IMG/VR virus record: IMGVR_UViG_3300017912_004409
Span: 10,719-74,718 of that record
Length of the DNA stretch: 64,000 nucleotides
Origin: a virus
Lineage: Duplodnaviria; Caudoviricetes
Reading direction: 5' to 3' (one strand)
Part shown: piece after piece, positions 54,176 to 63,425 of the stretch
Position numbering within the stretch: the first letter of the stretch is position 1
How the letters are laid out: each line of letters opens with the position of its first letter
The notes under the pieces: model-generated
What the model saw: the letters and a program-made list of their open reading frames with translations, nothing else
Told to the model about the DNA's origin: nothing
Database searches by the model: none
Program-made: the position numbers and the translations under genes

Positions 54176-55925
54176 AACTCATCTCCTTTTGTAACGCTTC
54201 TAGAGTTCGATACAGATATGGTGTTAAATCCAATCTGGGGTCCGCAGCCATTGGAAGATCCGGTGATTGCGGGTGGGGAGTCTGCATCATTCCCCCTACT
54301 AAGCGAGCAAATGCAGAGTAAGCACCCTGCAATTCGTTCACCATTCTGAATGGGAACCCCGATAACATCGCGGCCCGTTCCTCATCCGTTTTAGCAGGAA
54401 AGAGGTATTTCAGTGCTTCAATACTATCAACACCTAATTCTTGCAGGTTTCTAACAACAATTGAATTGTTAAGAATGTCTTGAGTTGTGTCTTCGTAGAC
54501 AGGCCCAAGCCATCTCCATAACACTGTAACATCTCCATCAGGAACCAAACCTTTAACTCCCGGTGGAATTAACTGTGTTTTGACACAAGCAATCATGATT
54601 TGTTCAACTTTCTCGTTAAACATTTGCATTGCTTCTGCATATAAATTTTTTGCCTCTTCACTTGAATCTGGCGGCAAATCAATTGGTTTTTCAATTCCAA
54701 CAGCAGCAGCAAGAGTGTCTCTGAATAATTTTTCTTCTTGAAAAATAATCAATTCTAAACAACGGCAAATACCATGCTCATAAATAGCATTCGATTTTTT
54801 CTTAGCGGTTGCAGCAACTCGACCAAATATAGATTTATATTCAGTTGCCGTTACACTTGCAGAAATTGATAGCTCGTCTACGCCGCCTAAAGATGTTCTT
54901 ATTTCTTCTCTATATTGTCTAGCAAATACATTTTGATCGCCTGTAATTGCATCAGGAACAATGTATCCAACTCGATCATTAGGTTCTAAATTAGCAATAA
55001 CTCTGGGAACGCGAATTTGTCCATCAACACCACCCCTATAGATGGGATCAGCTTTAAATTTAGATTGGCTTAAAGGGCCTAAACCACTAAAGCCTGAATT
55101 AGCTGCAATAGATGGTCTTTGAACTGCACCACCATCAGAACCAGATTCCATTAAATCTGTTTTTGGTCTAGAAGAAAGTAAGGTGGGATTACCAAAAAAC
55201 TGAACATTTTTACGCATCGTCTTAACCATTTCATCATGAATGATGATGTGATTGGCCAATGCATCAAACTCTCCTACACCTTCATTAGAAAAACCTTTGG
55301 GATTGTTTAAAATTTCAACACAAGGAACAAAACCTAATGTGTTTTTAAAAACTTTGGTCTGACCTGGAGCAGCGGTAACTGGCATATCAAAAGACAATTC
55401 TCCATCGCTATGTAGTTCTTCTATTTCATTAGCTTTAATAGTCAAACGAATATATTTTTTAGCTCCTTGTGCATTTAAATAATTCTTACCTGACATTTCA
55501 GATATATTTACATCTTGATTAAAACCAGTACCTTCTTTTACTTTATAGCTATAAATGATTACAACTTCATCAAGCTCTCCGTCTGTTCCGTAATAAGAGC
55601 GGTACTCATGTTTTCTAAAATAATATAAACGATAATTTTTTTCTGTTGGTCTGATATAAAAAATACCTTGTCCGTCACATAAAAAATATTCCCAAATAGA
55701 ATCTAGCCTTGTGTCTAACTTGTTGTATTTTGCAACACGATCTAAAAAGTCTTTTCTTTGGTTTCCAAAATTATCTTGACTTGGAAAGAATTCAACACCC
55801 TGACGGATGCCAAATAATTTCATCTGAGCAATATGAGACGCAACAATACCTGTATCTATATTGTCGCCACCATCTTTTTCAAGATAAGCATTAACAATTT
55901 CTTGTAATCTGTTTTTTGCGTCCAC
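53583..55925 (-). CDS. portal protein with long C-terminal extension
   Basis: About 580-aa helical/beta core downstream of terminase, plus a ~197-aa disordered tail overlapping the scaffold gene. Confidence 0.75.
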   Translation of the reverse strand: MDAKNRLQEIVNAYLEKDGGDNIDTGIVASHIAQMKLFGIRQGVEFFPSQDNFGNQRKDFLDRVAKYNKLDTRLDSIWEYFLCDGQGIFYIRPTEKNYRLYYFRKHEYRSYYGTDGELDEVVIIYSYKVKEGTGFNQDVNISEMSGKNYLNAQGAKKYIRLTIKANEIEELHSDGELSFDMPVTAAPGQTKVFKNTLGFVPCVEILNNPKGFSNEGVGEFDALANHIIIHDEMVKTMRKNVQFFGNPTLLSSRPKTDLMESGSDGGAVQRPSIAANSGFSGLGPLSQSKFKADPIYRGGVDGQIRVPRVIANLEPNDRVGYIVPDAITGDQNVFARQYREEIRTSLGGVDELSISASVTATEYKSIFGRVAATAKKKSNAIYEHGICRCLELIIFQEEKLFRDTLAAAVGIEKPIDLPPDSSEEAKNLYAEAMQMFNEKVEQIMIACVKTQLIPPGVKGLVPDGDVTVLWRWLGPVYEDTTQDILNNSIVVRNLQELGVDSIEALKYLFPAKTDEERAAMLSGFPFRMVNELQGAYSAFARLVGGMMQTPHPQSPDLPMAADPRLDLTPYLYRTLEALQKEMSYAGRYRPIDPTDEPERGPQPIRRTRPAAGSSGTDQLSSRNAISAGSARPSSGGYQLPIQPYSVRPPIPTGEQQPLGIGVQQGGGAPEQSSPIPVPGSTLSAGNVQSSQLRSQQPRYAELGDADLASQPDILAQLFPNLLAGALGAGRGLAESEPRKPPGGRSVRGRGPSGTKPVRPPAGRNSRQRPGMGAKGKGGTN

Positions 55926-55933
55926 TTTATTGT

Positions 55934-56134
55934 CTATTTTGTTTTGTACATTCTAGCAGCTTTGCTTGCCTTTTTTGCTTTTTCTGTGTTAGGAACAAAT
56001 TGTTTTCCTTTACGGCTAGCTTCTTTTTTCTTGTTGTCAGTTTCTTCTCTTTCCTCTTTAGAAAGCTTGGCCCATGCTTTCTTGGGAAGATAACGCTTGG
56101 TTGTACCGTCTTTTTGGATTGCTTTATCTGCCAT
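55934..56134 (-). CDS. small basic protein
   Basis: KRYLPKKAWAKLS...KGKQFVPNT; TAATG-coupled. Confidence 0.7.
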   Translation of the reverse strand: MADKAIQKDGTTKRYLPKKAWAKLSKEEREETDNKKKEASRKGKQFVPNTEKAKKASKAARMYKTK

Positions 56135-56256
56135 TATTTTTTATCCATATACTTACCAGCAAGCTTAGTAAGTTTTTTGGCTTGGCTAGCGTGCATCTTT
56201 GCACTACCCCTTAACTGTTTAGCAATTTTTTCTAAGTCTTTTTTACCTTGTTTCAT
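56134..56256 (-). CDS. small Lys-rich peptide (40 aa)
   Basis: Hand-translated MKQGKKDLEKIAKQLRGSAKMHASQAKKLTKLAGKYMDKK; ATGA and TAATG overlaps on both sides. Confidence 0.6.
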   Translation of the reverse strand: MKQGKKDLEKIAKQLRGSAKMHASQAKKLTKLAGKYMDKK

Positions 56257-56546
56257 GATCTTTTCTCCTTGGCTTTTTTGGCTGCAGTAGCTGCTTTTTT
56301 TGCTTTGCTTTTCTCATACTCATCTTTTGTTTGCCAATCTTCCTTGCCCCATTTCTTTAATGACTTTTGCTTTTTGCCTTCACCACCCTTATATCCACCA
56401 CCAGCTTTTTTATATTCTGACGCGACTAGCTGCGCTTTACGCGCAGACCATTGACCCGGTTTGCCCCCCTTGGAACCAGCTTTAATACGATTAAAAATTC
56501 GTTTTCTTAATGCTGGTTTGGTGTATTTACTGTCTTCTTGAGCCAT
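56253..56546 (-). CDS. DUF5872-like basic protein
   Basis: YTKP.LRKRI...IKAGSKGGKPGQWSARKAQL...YKKAGGGY. Confidence 0.7.
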   Translation of the reverse strand: MAQEDSKYTKPALRKRIFNRIKAGSKGGKPGQWSARKAQLVASEYKKAGGGYKGGEGKKQKSLKKWGKEDWQTKDEYEKSKAKKAATAAKKAKEKRS

Positions 56547-56550
56547 TAAC

Positions 56551-56862
56551 TTACACCTGATTTAGAGTTGTATAAAATAAAGGCTGTGAACTCAATGGAT
56601 TTGAAGTACTAGCCATCATGCCAGCCATATTGCCTACGCCACCCGGCAAACCAAAACTTGTTGTCGCAGGTGGAACAATCATATACATCTGTTTATCTAA
56701 CTCTTGAGGAGTTTTATCAAATGGCAGAAAGGGTTGATTATATGGAGTCTCACCCCCTCGGATTTTAAATCTAGGATCTAATAATGGGTTTTGAGCTTGC
56801 GCTACTTCACTCCCCCCAGGAGCACCAGGGACATTGAGCATTCCCGCAAAGTAGTTAGCCAT
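56551..56862 (-). CDS. hypothetical protein
   Basis: Track ORF. Confidence 0.6.
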   Translation of the reverse strand: MANYFAGMLNVPGAPGGSEVAQAQNPLLDPRFKIRGGETPYNQPFLPFDKTPQELDKQMYMIVPPATTSFGLPGGVGNMAGMMASTSNPLSSQPLFYTTLNQV

Positions 56863-56964
56863 TTTTTTCTTTTTTATTATATTACATGATTATTTATTAT
56901 AACGTCTACGCCAGCTGGCTGGTGACACTAGCGCAGCTAGTAAGCCCCGCAGGGAAATTATCAT

Positions 56965-57162
56965 CTATTCATCAATCACTTCGTAACCGGAGGGGTCATT
57001 TAATTTCGTTATATGAATCCCTCCTTCTTTGATTTTGCAATTCAATATATCGCCTTCCAGCCAATTTAAATTGTCGAGTAAATCGTCGGGAAATTGCAAA
57101 TAACACATCCCACTTTCATCTTCAAGAACTTCTAAAACATGCATTTTTCTACAGCTTTTCAA
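56965..57162 (-). CDS. AbrB/MazE-like DNA-binding protein
   Basis: EDESG...LQFPDDLL..LNW.EGD.L..KIKEG.I.ITK swapped-hairpin pattern. Confidence 0.6.
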   Translation of the reverse strand: MKSCRKMHVLEVLEDESGMCYLQFPDDLLDNLNWLEGDILNCKIKEGGIHITKLNDPSGYEVIDE

Positions 57163-57424
57163 TTAGCTTATCAAGCTTTATGTTAATTTGTTTAAAATTA
57201 TCCTGCATCTGTTGCATTTCTCTTATAAAATCTGCTTTTAGGACATATTCTATTGGCATTTTATGGTACATATAATTAATATGTTCATCTAAATCGTCTA
57301 CTCGTTTTCTTAGTCTTTCGATGCGTAAATAAAAATTATTTAGTAATTTACTAGCTCCCCACCCGCCACCTGTAACTACCGGGACCGCTACACCAATAAT
57401 TAAAAGCAGGAGGTCTGGTCCCAC
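57149..57424 (-). CDS. membrane-anchored coiled-coil protein (holin/spanin-like?)
   Basis: N-terminal TM segment followed by a coiled coil ending KLDKLIEKL. Confidence 0.6.
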   Translation of the reverse strand: MGPDLLLLIIGVAVPVVTGGGWGASKLLNNFYLRIERLRKRVDDLDEHINYMYHKMPIEYVLKADFIREMQQMQDNFKQINIKLDKLIEKL

Positions 57425-57457
57425 AGAGTTGATTTAGTTCCTTCTTTTATATTATAC

Positions 57458-58984
57458 TCAATAATCCAGGTGTAATTTTCCTTTTCTAGATAACCCATTA
57501 ACTAACCAAACCAAGGCATCAACACAATCATCATGGCTGCTAACACCAAAATTAGTAAGCTCTTCAAATAAATGTGTGAAATTTCTAAATCTATTAAAAA
57601 TAATTTTTCTCTCTTCAAACATTCCTATAATTCCTCTAAATCTTGCTAGTTTATCGGCGCGGAAGCCTTTAACTGGATGCCAAATAAGATTATGAAGTCC
57701 TTCATCATTTAGGCAAATTCTTTTAAAGTCTGCTTCCAATGAAGCCTGATACTGTACTGCCTCTGACCAAATATCACAATTAGAATACGTCGGATAATAA
57801 TTTTGATTTTCGTCTAAACCAATAATTGACCAATCATTTAACAGTTCTTTTAAGGCATTTAATTTATCAATATTACCCATTACCCTTAGTCTTCGATAGT
57901 CAATAATATGAATGCGATCATCAATTCTTCCACCCAAAACCATTACTGTGTAATCATTTTTTTCTTTCATACCAGCTGATAGGTCAATGCCCACGCCTAA
58001 TGTATCGAATTCTGTTGCAATCTCAGCTTTTACAATTAGTTCAGGAGCAAGGGATAATTCTCCGACTCTGACAATTTGATTCATATATTGAAAAGAAAAA
58101 GCAACTGGTGCTTGCCGTTTTTTTTCTTTTAAATAATCTAATGACCACATCTCGGGCCAATAAGACATTTCTTCTCCTGTTTTGGGGTCTGTTTCAATAG
58201 CAGATAAAACAACTTGTCTCCAGTTGTTTTGTTCGTTAAATGTTGTTGCGTGAATATCATCGTGTCTAAATCTAGTTCCTAAGCAGATTGCTCTTCCACC
58301 TTCAAACATGGTTGGTGCAATAACTGCATTCCAGTTATCGTCCATTGATTTTCTAATATCTGGATTAGCAATATCAGAAGCACTCTTAATACAGTCATCA
58401 ATAATAACAAGATGAGAACGCTTTGAAGTCACCGAACCCTTAAGGCCGGCTGCGCAAAGGGTAAACATCTCATCGCCAACCGTATCAATACCTGCAAATT
58501 TGTGGTCAATTGACCAATATTCGTTACTGGTTACATTTTTTAATAAACGAACTTTTGGAAAAACTTCTTGATATTTACGGCTTTCAATAATTCTCTTGAT
58601 AGCAGCTGATTTTGGTCGCGCAATTTCGACCGTATATGAAAGGTACAGAATCTGCAATGGCATCTTTGCAGTCGTATGGATTCCTATAGCCCAAGCAGTA
58701 AATAAGCCAAGTACAGTTGATTTTGCAGATCCTCTGGGGCCTAACAAGTCAATGTTTGGTCCGGCTATTCTTTTGAGACATGTGCTGTCTTCATCTGTAA
58801 CAAAATGCCGATGCCATTCTTTATGGTGTGCTGCTGGGGGTTTATTAGCTACATAATCACAGAAAAAACCAAAATCAGATCGTGCTTTTTCAACTGCTTC
58901 TGTATCGTTAGCTTTAGTAACAGCAAAGTTTTTTGCTGCTGCTCTTGCATTGCGTCGATATGCAAGATGAAGATATGAAGGCAC
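57458..58984 (-). CDS. terL: terminase large subunit
   Basis: Walker A GPRGSAKST, Walker B IIDD, coupling GTR, nuclease GIDLS...DY...HDDCVDAL. Confidence 0.95.
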   Translation of the reverse strand: MPSYLHLAYRRNARAAAKNFAVTKANDTEAVEKARSDFGFFCDYVANKPPAAHHKEWHRHFVTDEDSTCLKRIAGPNIDLLGPRGSAKSTVLGLFTAWAIGIHTTAKMPLQILYLSYTVEIARPKSAAIKRIIESRKYQEVFPKVRLLKNVTSNEYWSIDHKFAGIDTVGDEMFTLCAAGLKGSVTSKRSHLVIIDDCIKSASDIANPDIRKSMDDNWNAVIAPTMFEGGRAICLGTRFRHDDIHATTFNEQNNWRQVVLSAIETDPKTGEEMSYWPEMWSLDYLKEKKRQAPVAFSFQYMNQIVRVGELSLAPELIVKAEIATEFDTLGVGIDLSAGMKEKNDYTVMVLGGRIDDRIHIIDYRRLRVMGNIDKLNALKELLNDWSIIGLDENQNYYPTYSNCDIWSEAVQYQASLEADFKRICLNDEGLHNLIWHPVKGFRADKLARFRGIIGMFEERKIIFNRFRNFTHLFEELTNFGVSSHDDCVDALVWLVNGLSRKGKLHLDY

Positions 58985-59013
58985 TTTATTTAAAAGACTA
59001 CTTTAAATATAAG

Positions 59014-59163
59014 TTAATCTTTTGATTTTTGTTTCTTATACTTACGAGCTTTTTCTAAAGCGGCTGCACGCTTTTCCTTTGGACTCATTTCAGATCCATC
59101 TTCTTTTTTAGCGTTCTTTTTCTTAAAATGAGCAAGAACTTCCGGGGGCATTTTTTTAGACAT
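59014..59163 (-). CDS. small Lys-rich peptide (49 aa)
   Basis: Hand-translated MSKKMPPEVLAHFKKKNAKKEDGSEMSPKEKRAAALEKARKYKKQKSKD; TAATG-coupled. Confidence 0.6.
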   Translation of the reverse strand: MSKKMPPEVLAHFKKKNAKKEDGSEMSPKEKRAAALEKARKYKKQKSKD

Positions 59164-59732
59164 TAGTAAAAAGAACCTCTTTTGGTTTCTACAGGAGTGG
59201 TATTAAGACTTAACATATCTGTTAGTCTAATATCATCATCCGCTATTTGTGCTGGTTTGTTTGTATATTCATCAAGAAACTCTTTTATCGCTCTAGGTTG
59301 CGGCTTTCTAGTTTTTCTTGGAATTTCAATATCAGGATTATTATTATCAAAATAATCTTTATTTAATTGGTAGCCTCCAGTGGGGGCATTAAATGTTTCT
59401 CCTGTTATTGGATTTGTAATTGATGTAAATGCCTGCGACCTAAATAAATTTTTATCGGGTGCAGATACCCATTCAGGTATTTCTTCTCTAAAATTTCTTC
59501 TAATATCTGGAACATTAAATTCAACAGGATTAAAGTTTTGCTGCTGCTGTTGGCTCACAACACTAGCATATTGTTTAGCGCGATCTTGTTGCTGCTGCAA
59601 TAAAGTATTTTGACTAAACTCATCTATAAAAGATGAATTTGGTGGCATAAAAACATTTTCCTGATCTGCAGTAGGCTTATATCTTGCTATTGCAGGAACT
59701 TTGTTTCTACTTGATGTTCTACCTGCACCCAT
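59163..59732 (-). CDS. hypothetical protein
   Basis: Track ORF. Confidence 0.6.
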   Translation of the reverse strand: MGAGRTSSRNKVPAIARYKPTADQENVFMPPNSSFIDEFSQNTLLQQQQDRAKQYASVVSQQQQQNFNPVEFNVPDIRRNFREEIPEWVSAPDKNLFRSQAFTSITNPITGETFNAPTGGYQLNKDYFDNNNPDIEIPRKTRKPQPRAIKEFLDEYTNKPAQIADDDIRLTDMLSLNTTPVETKRGSFY

Positions 59733-59759
59733 AACTTTAAATGTTTTAAAAATATTTTA

Positions 59760-60053
59760 TCACAATCCATAGTTGCTGTATGGACCTAAATGTGCTTGTG
59801 CAGGCATTTGACTAAGACCCCCTGGAGTCATCCCTCTATAGCGTGCATTGTAATCTCCTTCTCTTTGATATAAGCCGGGGCGAGGAGTTTGCGTTGGATC
59901 TCCTCCATAGCTTTCCTTGCCGAAAGACATGCCGCCTATCATCTCGGGCATTGTATTATAAGAATTTTGTTTCCTTATATCATTTTTTCTTTGAATAGCA
60001 GCTCTAGAAGCAGCTCTCGCTCTTCTTAAGCGATTCATATCAGCTGCATTCAT
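59760..60053 (-). CDS. hypothetical protein
   Basis: Track ORF. Confidence 0.55.
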   Translation of the reverse strand: MNAADMNRLRRARAASRAAIQRKNDIRKQNSYNTMPEMIGGMSFGKESYGGDPTQTPRPGLYQREGDYNARYRGMTPGGLSQMPAQAHLGPYSNYGL

Positions 60054-60104
60054 TTTTTATAACCCTATTAAAGTGTTTTATCAATTTAATCAATATATCA
60101 TTAT

Positions 60105-60638
60105 CTATTCTTCAAGCTGCATACGTGCCCATACACTCATGCAAGCTTCTTTTAGAGGGTTTTCTATTGGATCGTCTTTAAAAATAAAAGTTAATTCTCT
60201 AATAGCACGATCAGCTCCTGCCATCAATAGACCTTTTTTATCTTTATTGTTTGTGTATTGTTCAACTTGATTAATAGTACCGCGTAACTCTTTTTCCATG
60301 GCTGCAATCCTTGCAACTCCACTATCTCTTTTGACACCAAAATCTTCGATATCAGCTCTAAGAAGTCTAATGTCTTCTTGCATGTGAGCTATTTCTTCTA
60401 GCAAAAGCTTACGATGATCAGGTTTTGGATAACGCTCTTTGACCCATTCATCACATGCTGAAATACAGCCCATGTAGCCCAAAAAACGAGCATACAAAAA
60501 GCACTCTATTATAGAGTAATTATCCGAACAAAAAGAACAGAAAGATTCGTGTGTGCTTGGATCTAAACCGTCAGCCCAAGAATCAAAGACTTCAGAATTT
60601 GTAGCCCTCTCGGGCTTGACGGTAGTCCCTTGCTTCAT
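60105..60638 (-). CDS. helical protein, candidate terminase small subunit
   Basis: N-terminal helical domain plus coiled coil, upstream of terL; the TerS role is inferred from position and size only. Confidence 0.35.
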   Translation of the reverse strand: MKQGTTVKPERATNSEVFDSWADGLDPSTHESFCSFCSDNYSIIECFLYARFLGYMGCISACDEWVKERYPKPDHRKLLLEEIAHMQEDIRLLRADIEDFGVKRDSGVARIAAMEKELRGTINQVEQYTNNKDKKGLLMAGADRAIRELTFIFKDDPIENPLKEACMSVWARMQLEE

Positions 60639-60819
60639 CTTTCTCTGCGAACTCTTGTTGTTGTGCAGCAGTCTTACGTTGTTCGCCAGCTTGATCTTCT
60701 AGTTTCTTCTTGCTAAATTCGTAAGCAACACCAGCTGCCTGGCGATATTTATCAATATCAAACCAGTCATCCGGATCAGTAGAGTCAACCGGATCATTAA
60801 CAAGGCTGGAGCTTGCCAT
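60592..60819 (-). CDS. hypothetical protein
   Basis: Track ORF with high-expression codon bias. Confidence 0.65.
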   Translation of the reverse strand: MASSSLVNDPVDSTDPDDWFDIDKYRQAAGVAYEFSKKKLEDQAGEQRKTAAQQQEFAEKDEARDYRQAREGYKF

Positions 60820-60830
60820 TGGTCTTTAGA

Positions 60831-61106
60831 TCAGAAGTTAGTCATCATGTTGGCGATACCTTGAGCGAAGATATCTTGACGACCCAAGTTGGAACGTTGT
60901 CTTTGCTGACGCATTTTAGAACCTTCCAGCTTCTCCAGTAGGGTTTCAAACTGAGAAAGATCCTGACCGGGGGAGTATTGACGGTTAGCCAGTAAATTCA
61001 GTAAATCAGCCTTTTGATCATCTGTCAGATTCGCGTCGCCGGTGACGCCAGAAACAGCTGCCGCGTAACTATTGTAATTACCGAAAGCGCCGGGGGAGGA
61101 GGTCAT
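60831..61106 (-). CDS. hypothetical protein
   Basis: Track ORF with high-expression codon bias; TATAAT 24 nt upstream. Confidence 0.65.
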   Translation of the reverse strand: MTSSPGAFGNYNSYAAAVSGVTGDANLTDDQKADLLNLLANRQYSPGQDLSQFETLLEKLEGSKMRQQRQRSNLGRQDIFAQGIANMMTNF

Positions 61107-61140
61107 GTCTTGATAAATTAGACTAGGAATATTATAACAG

Positions 61141-61287
61141 TTAGTAATTTAGTTTATCTAAACCCATTTCTCTGTATTGTTTCATCTCTTCCAAACGTTT
61201 CAAAAGATTTTTAAAACGATCAGCATCAAGAGAATACTTCTCCATGGTTTGTTTTGTTTCTTCTGAATTGTTTTCTTCGTTATTCAT
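61141..61287 (-). CDS. small hypothetical protein (48 aa)
   Basis: Hand-translated MNNEENNSEETKQTMEKYSLDADRFKNLLKRLEEMKQYREMGLDKLNY; TGATG-coupled. Confidence 0.5.
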   Translation of the reverse strand: MNNEENNSEETKQTMEKYSLDADRFKNLLKRLEEMKQYREMGLDKLNY

Positions 61288-62249
61288 CAAAATGCACTGA
61301 TTATTGTATTCATTAAGCCAAACTCATTGTTCATTTTAGACAATCTCATTTGGGCTTCGTTGTTTAGTTTATTTTGTTCTTTTCTAATATTACCTTCTAA
61401 TTGTGCTAAACCAGAACTGTACAGAAAAGAATCGTATGCATTCAAACGTCCTTTAGCCATTTCAATGGCATCTGATGAACCTTCAATTATACCCGTTTTA
61501 AAAAAGTCAGGCGCTTTAATACCGGTTAAGCCTTCAAGTTTTTCTGCATCTTGTTGCGAAGGTAAAAAACTTGCACCTAAATTTAAACGATATTGGTTTG
61601 TGTATATTCCATCTCGATCTTTAACACCCTCACCATATTTAGCAATATTTTCTTGCTGCTGTGCAGTAGGCTTATCTGCTTTATATTCTGTAAGTCCTTT
61701 AATATAATTTTCTAAATCACCTTTACCTTCTGATTCCCATGAATCAAGACTATATTGCCCTAAACCAAGCTCACCGCCTCTAAGCCCATAATCAGTTTCT
61801 AACGTCTGTAATTCACCTGTGGTTGGATTCCGCCCTAATAAATTTCTCCATGTTCTGGAAATTTGATTATCACGAATCTGCGGTGCATATTCTGCTTCTA
61901 CATCACGAAAAGTTTGAAAGTCTGCATTGCTCATCTCCATGCCAGGATACTGGCCATAGAAACTCTGCATTCTTGCAGCAGCATCTGCAGAACTAAGTTC
62001 ACCTCTTTGAACTTTCTTGCTTAAATCATCAACAAGCTGTCCTCTATAGTTCTCACCAATGCTTAAATACTGTTTATCTTTTTCCCTTATATATTGCTCA
62101 GATTGCTCATATCTTCGATTTGCAGTAGCAAGTAATTGATCTTGAAAATTTCTTTGCATATTAAGCATTTCTCTGTCTAGCGCACTAGACTGACCCACCA
62201 AATTGGTCATCCAATTCATTAACCATGCATTAGATTTAGACATTTTCAA
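61287..62249 (-). CDS. putative internal virion (ejection) protein
   Basis: Helical Q/N/G-rich ORF in a run of similar late genes. Confidence 0.55.
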   Translation of the reverse strand: MKMSKSNAWLMNWMTNLVGQSSALDREMLNMQRNFQDQLLATANRRYEQSEQYIREKDKQYLSIGENYRGQLVDDLSKKVQRGELSSADAAARMQSFYGQYPGMEMSNADFQTFRDVEAEYAPQIRDNQISRTWRNLLGRNPTTGELQTLETDYGLRGGELGLGQYSLDSWESEGKGDLENYIKGLTEYKADKPTAQQQENIAKYGEGVKDRDGIYTNQYRLNLGASFLPSQQDAEKLEGLTGIKAPDFFKTGIIEGSSDAIEMAKGRLNAYDSFLYSSGLAQLEGNIRKEQNKLNNEAQMRLSKMNNEFGLMNTIISAF

Positions 62250-62776
62250 CTAACTCCTGGGAAACGAAGAGGTACGCCTGCAGCAAGTTGCATGCGAGCT
62301 TGCATATCTCTAAGATTTTCTCGATTTTCTGCTCTTTTTAGTTTAGCAATATTAGATCTTGCCTTTTCTGAACCACGTAACAATTGCTCAAATTCAGCCA
62401 TACTCGCTTGTCGTCCTGCTTGTTGCGCTCCGCCAATACCACTTTGCAGTAAACCGGTGCGTAAATTATTAGCTGAACTAACAGTAGATAAACTGAAAGG
62501 CGCTGTAGCGTTTAAAACATTAGTGCTAAAACTCATAGCATCACGCGCCCTACTTCTATCCATGCCAGCTTGCATGCCAAGAAGATTGCCAAACGCTGCC
62601 ATTCTATTATCATTTTTAATAGTAGCCATCAGGTCTCTGTTAGAAGAGCCCTGCAATATTGAACTTAAGCCACCAAGGCCCATGGCAAGGCCAAAGGGGC
62701 TGCTCACTGCACCACCAATGCCACGTAAAATATTACCGAAATTAAAACCTCCGCCGCCAAAAGGAACTTGTGCCAT
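62246..62776 (-). CDS. putative internal virion protein with Gly-rich hydrophobic N-terminus
   Basis: GGGGFNFG...GLAMGLGGLSSILQG pattern like ejection/pilot proteins. Confidence 0.55.
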   Translation of the reverse strand: MAQVPFGGGGFNFGNILRGIGGAVSSPFGLAMGLGGLSSILQGSSNRDLMATIKNDNRMAAFGNLLGMQAGMDRSRARDAMSFSTNVLNATAPFSLSTVSSANNLRTGLLQSGIGGAQQAGRQASMAEFEQLLRGSEKARSNIAKLKRAENRENLRDMQARMQLAAGVPLRFPGVS

Positions 62777-62808
62777 CTGTATTAATTATTATTATTTACT
62801 ATCATAAC

Positions 62809-63417
62809 CTATCTGAGACCTACTTGATATCCTTGCATAAGGCTACCAGCTATTCTCATAGGTCCTTGTGCTTTATACATAAGGATACTAGGGTCACCAC
62901 CTTGAATATATGTTTGGAGGCCACCAAATAAAGCATTTGCACCACCCATCAACAGGTCGCGCTTAAACTTTTTATTTGCTGCACGAGATGCATATTCTTC
63001 TTGTATTTGTGCTTGTGTTTTCATTAAACCAGGGAGAGCTTTTATATAATCAGCTTGTTGTTGTTTCTGATCCTTTCTTTGGTTTTCAAGAAAACTAATA
63101 AACCTGTCTTCAGTACTTAATGGACTAATTTGACTATTAACTGATGGTGTTTTTCCATAGAAACTACCGATATTAAAAGGAGCTTTTTTATTAAGTGGTG
63201 TTCCAAAAGCATTTTTAGTTGATGGTGCAAGAGCATTGGATTGATCAACAGTTTTTAAAAAACTATCAAAAAACAATGAATTATCAAATCCTGTTGCGTT
63301 AGGTCTTTCAGCAATAGTAGGAACTGTAAAATTACCCGAATTAATATTACTAGGATATTGTCCTGGGAAACGGTAAGTGGGAATCCCTAAAAGTCCTGCA
63401 AGATTTGTATTGAACAT
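62809..63417 (-). CDS. putative internal virion protein
   Basis: Track ORF. Confidence 0.55.
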   Translation of the reverse strand: MFNTNLAGLLGIPTYRFPGQYPSNINSGNFTVPTIAERPNATGFDNSLFFDSFLKTVDQSNALAPSTKNAFGTPLNKKAPFNIGSFYGKTPSVNSQISPLSTEDRFISFLENQRKDQKQQQADYIKALPGLMKTQAQIQEEYASRAANKKFKRDLLMGGANALFGGLQTYIQGGDPSILMYKAQGPMRIAGSLMQGYQVGLR

Positions 63418-63425
63418 GATGTTAA

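Noticed and set aside
53903-54349. Third (plus-strand) ORF in the dual-coding island
   Set aside because: GC-rich DNA has few stop codons; no start signal or protein-like features
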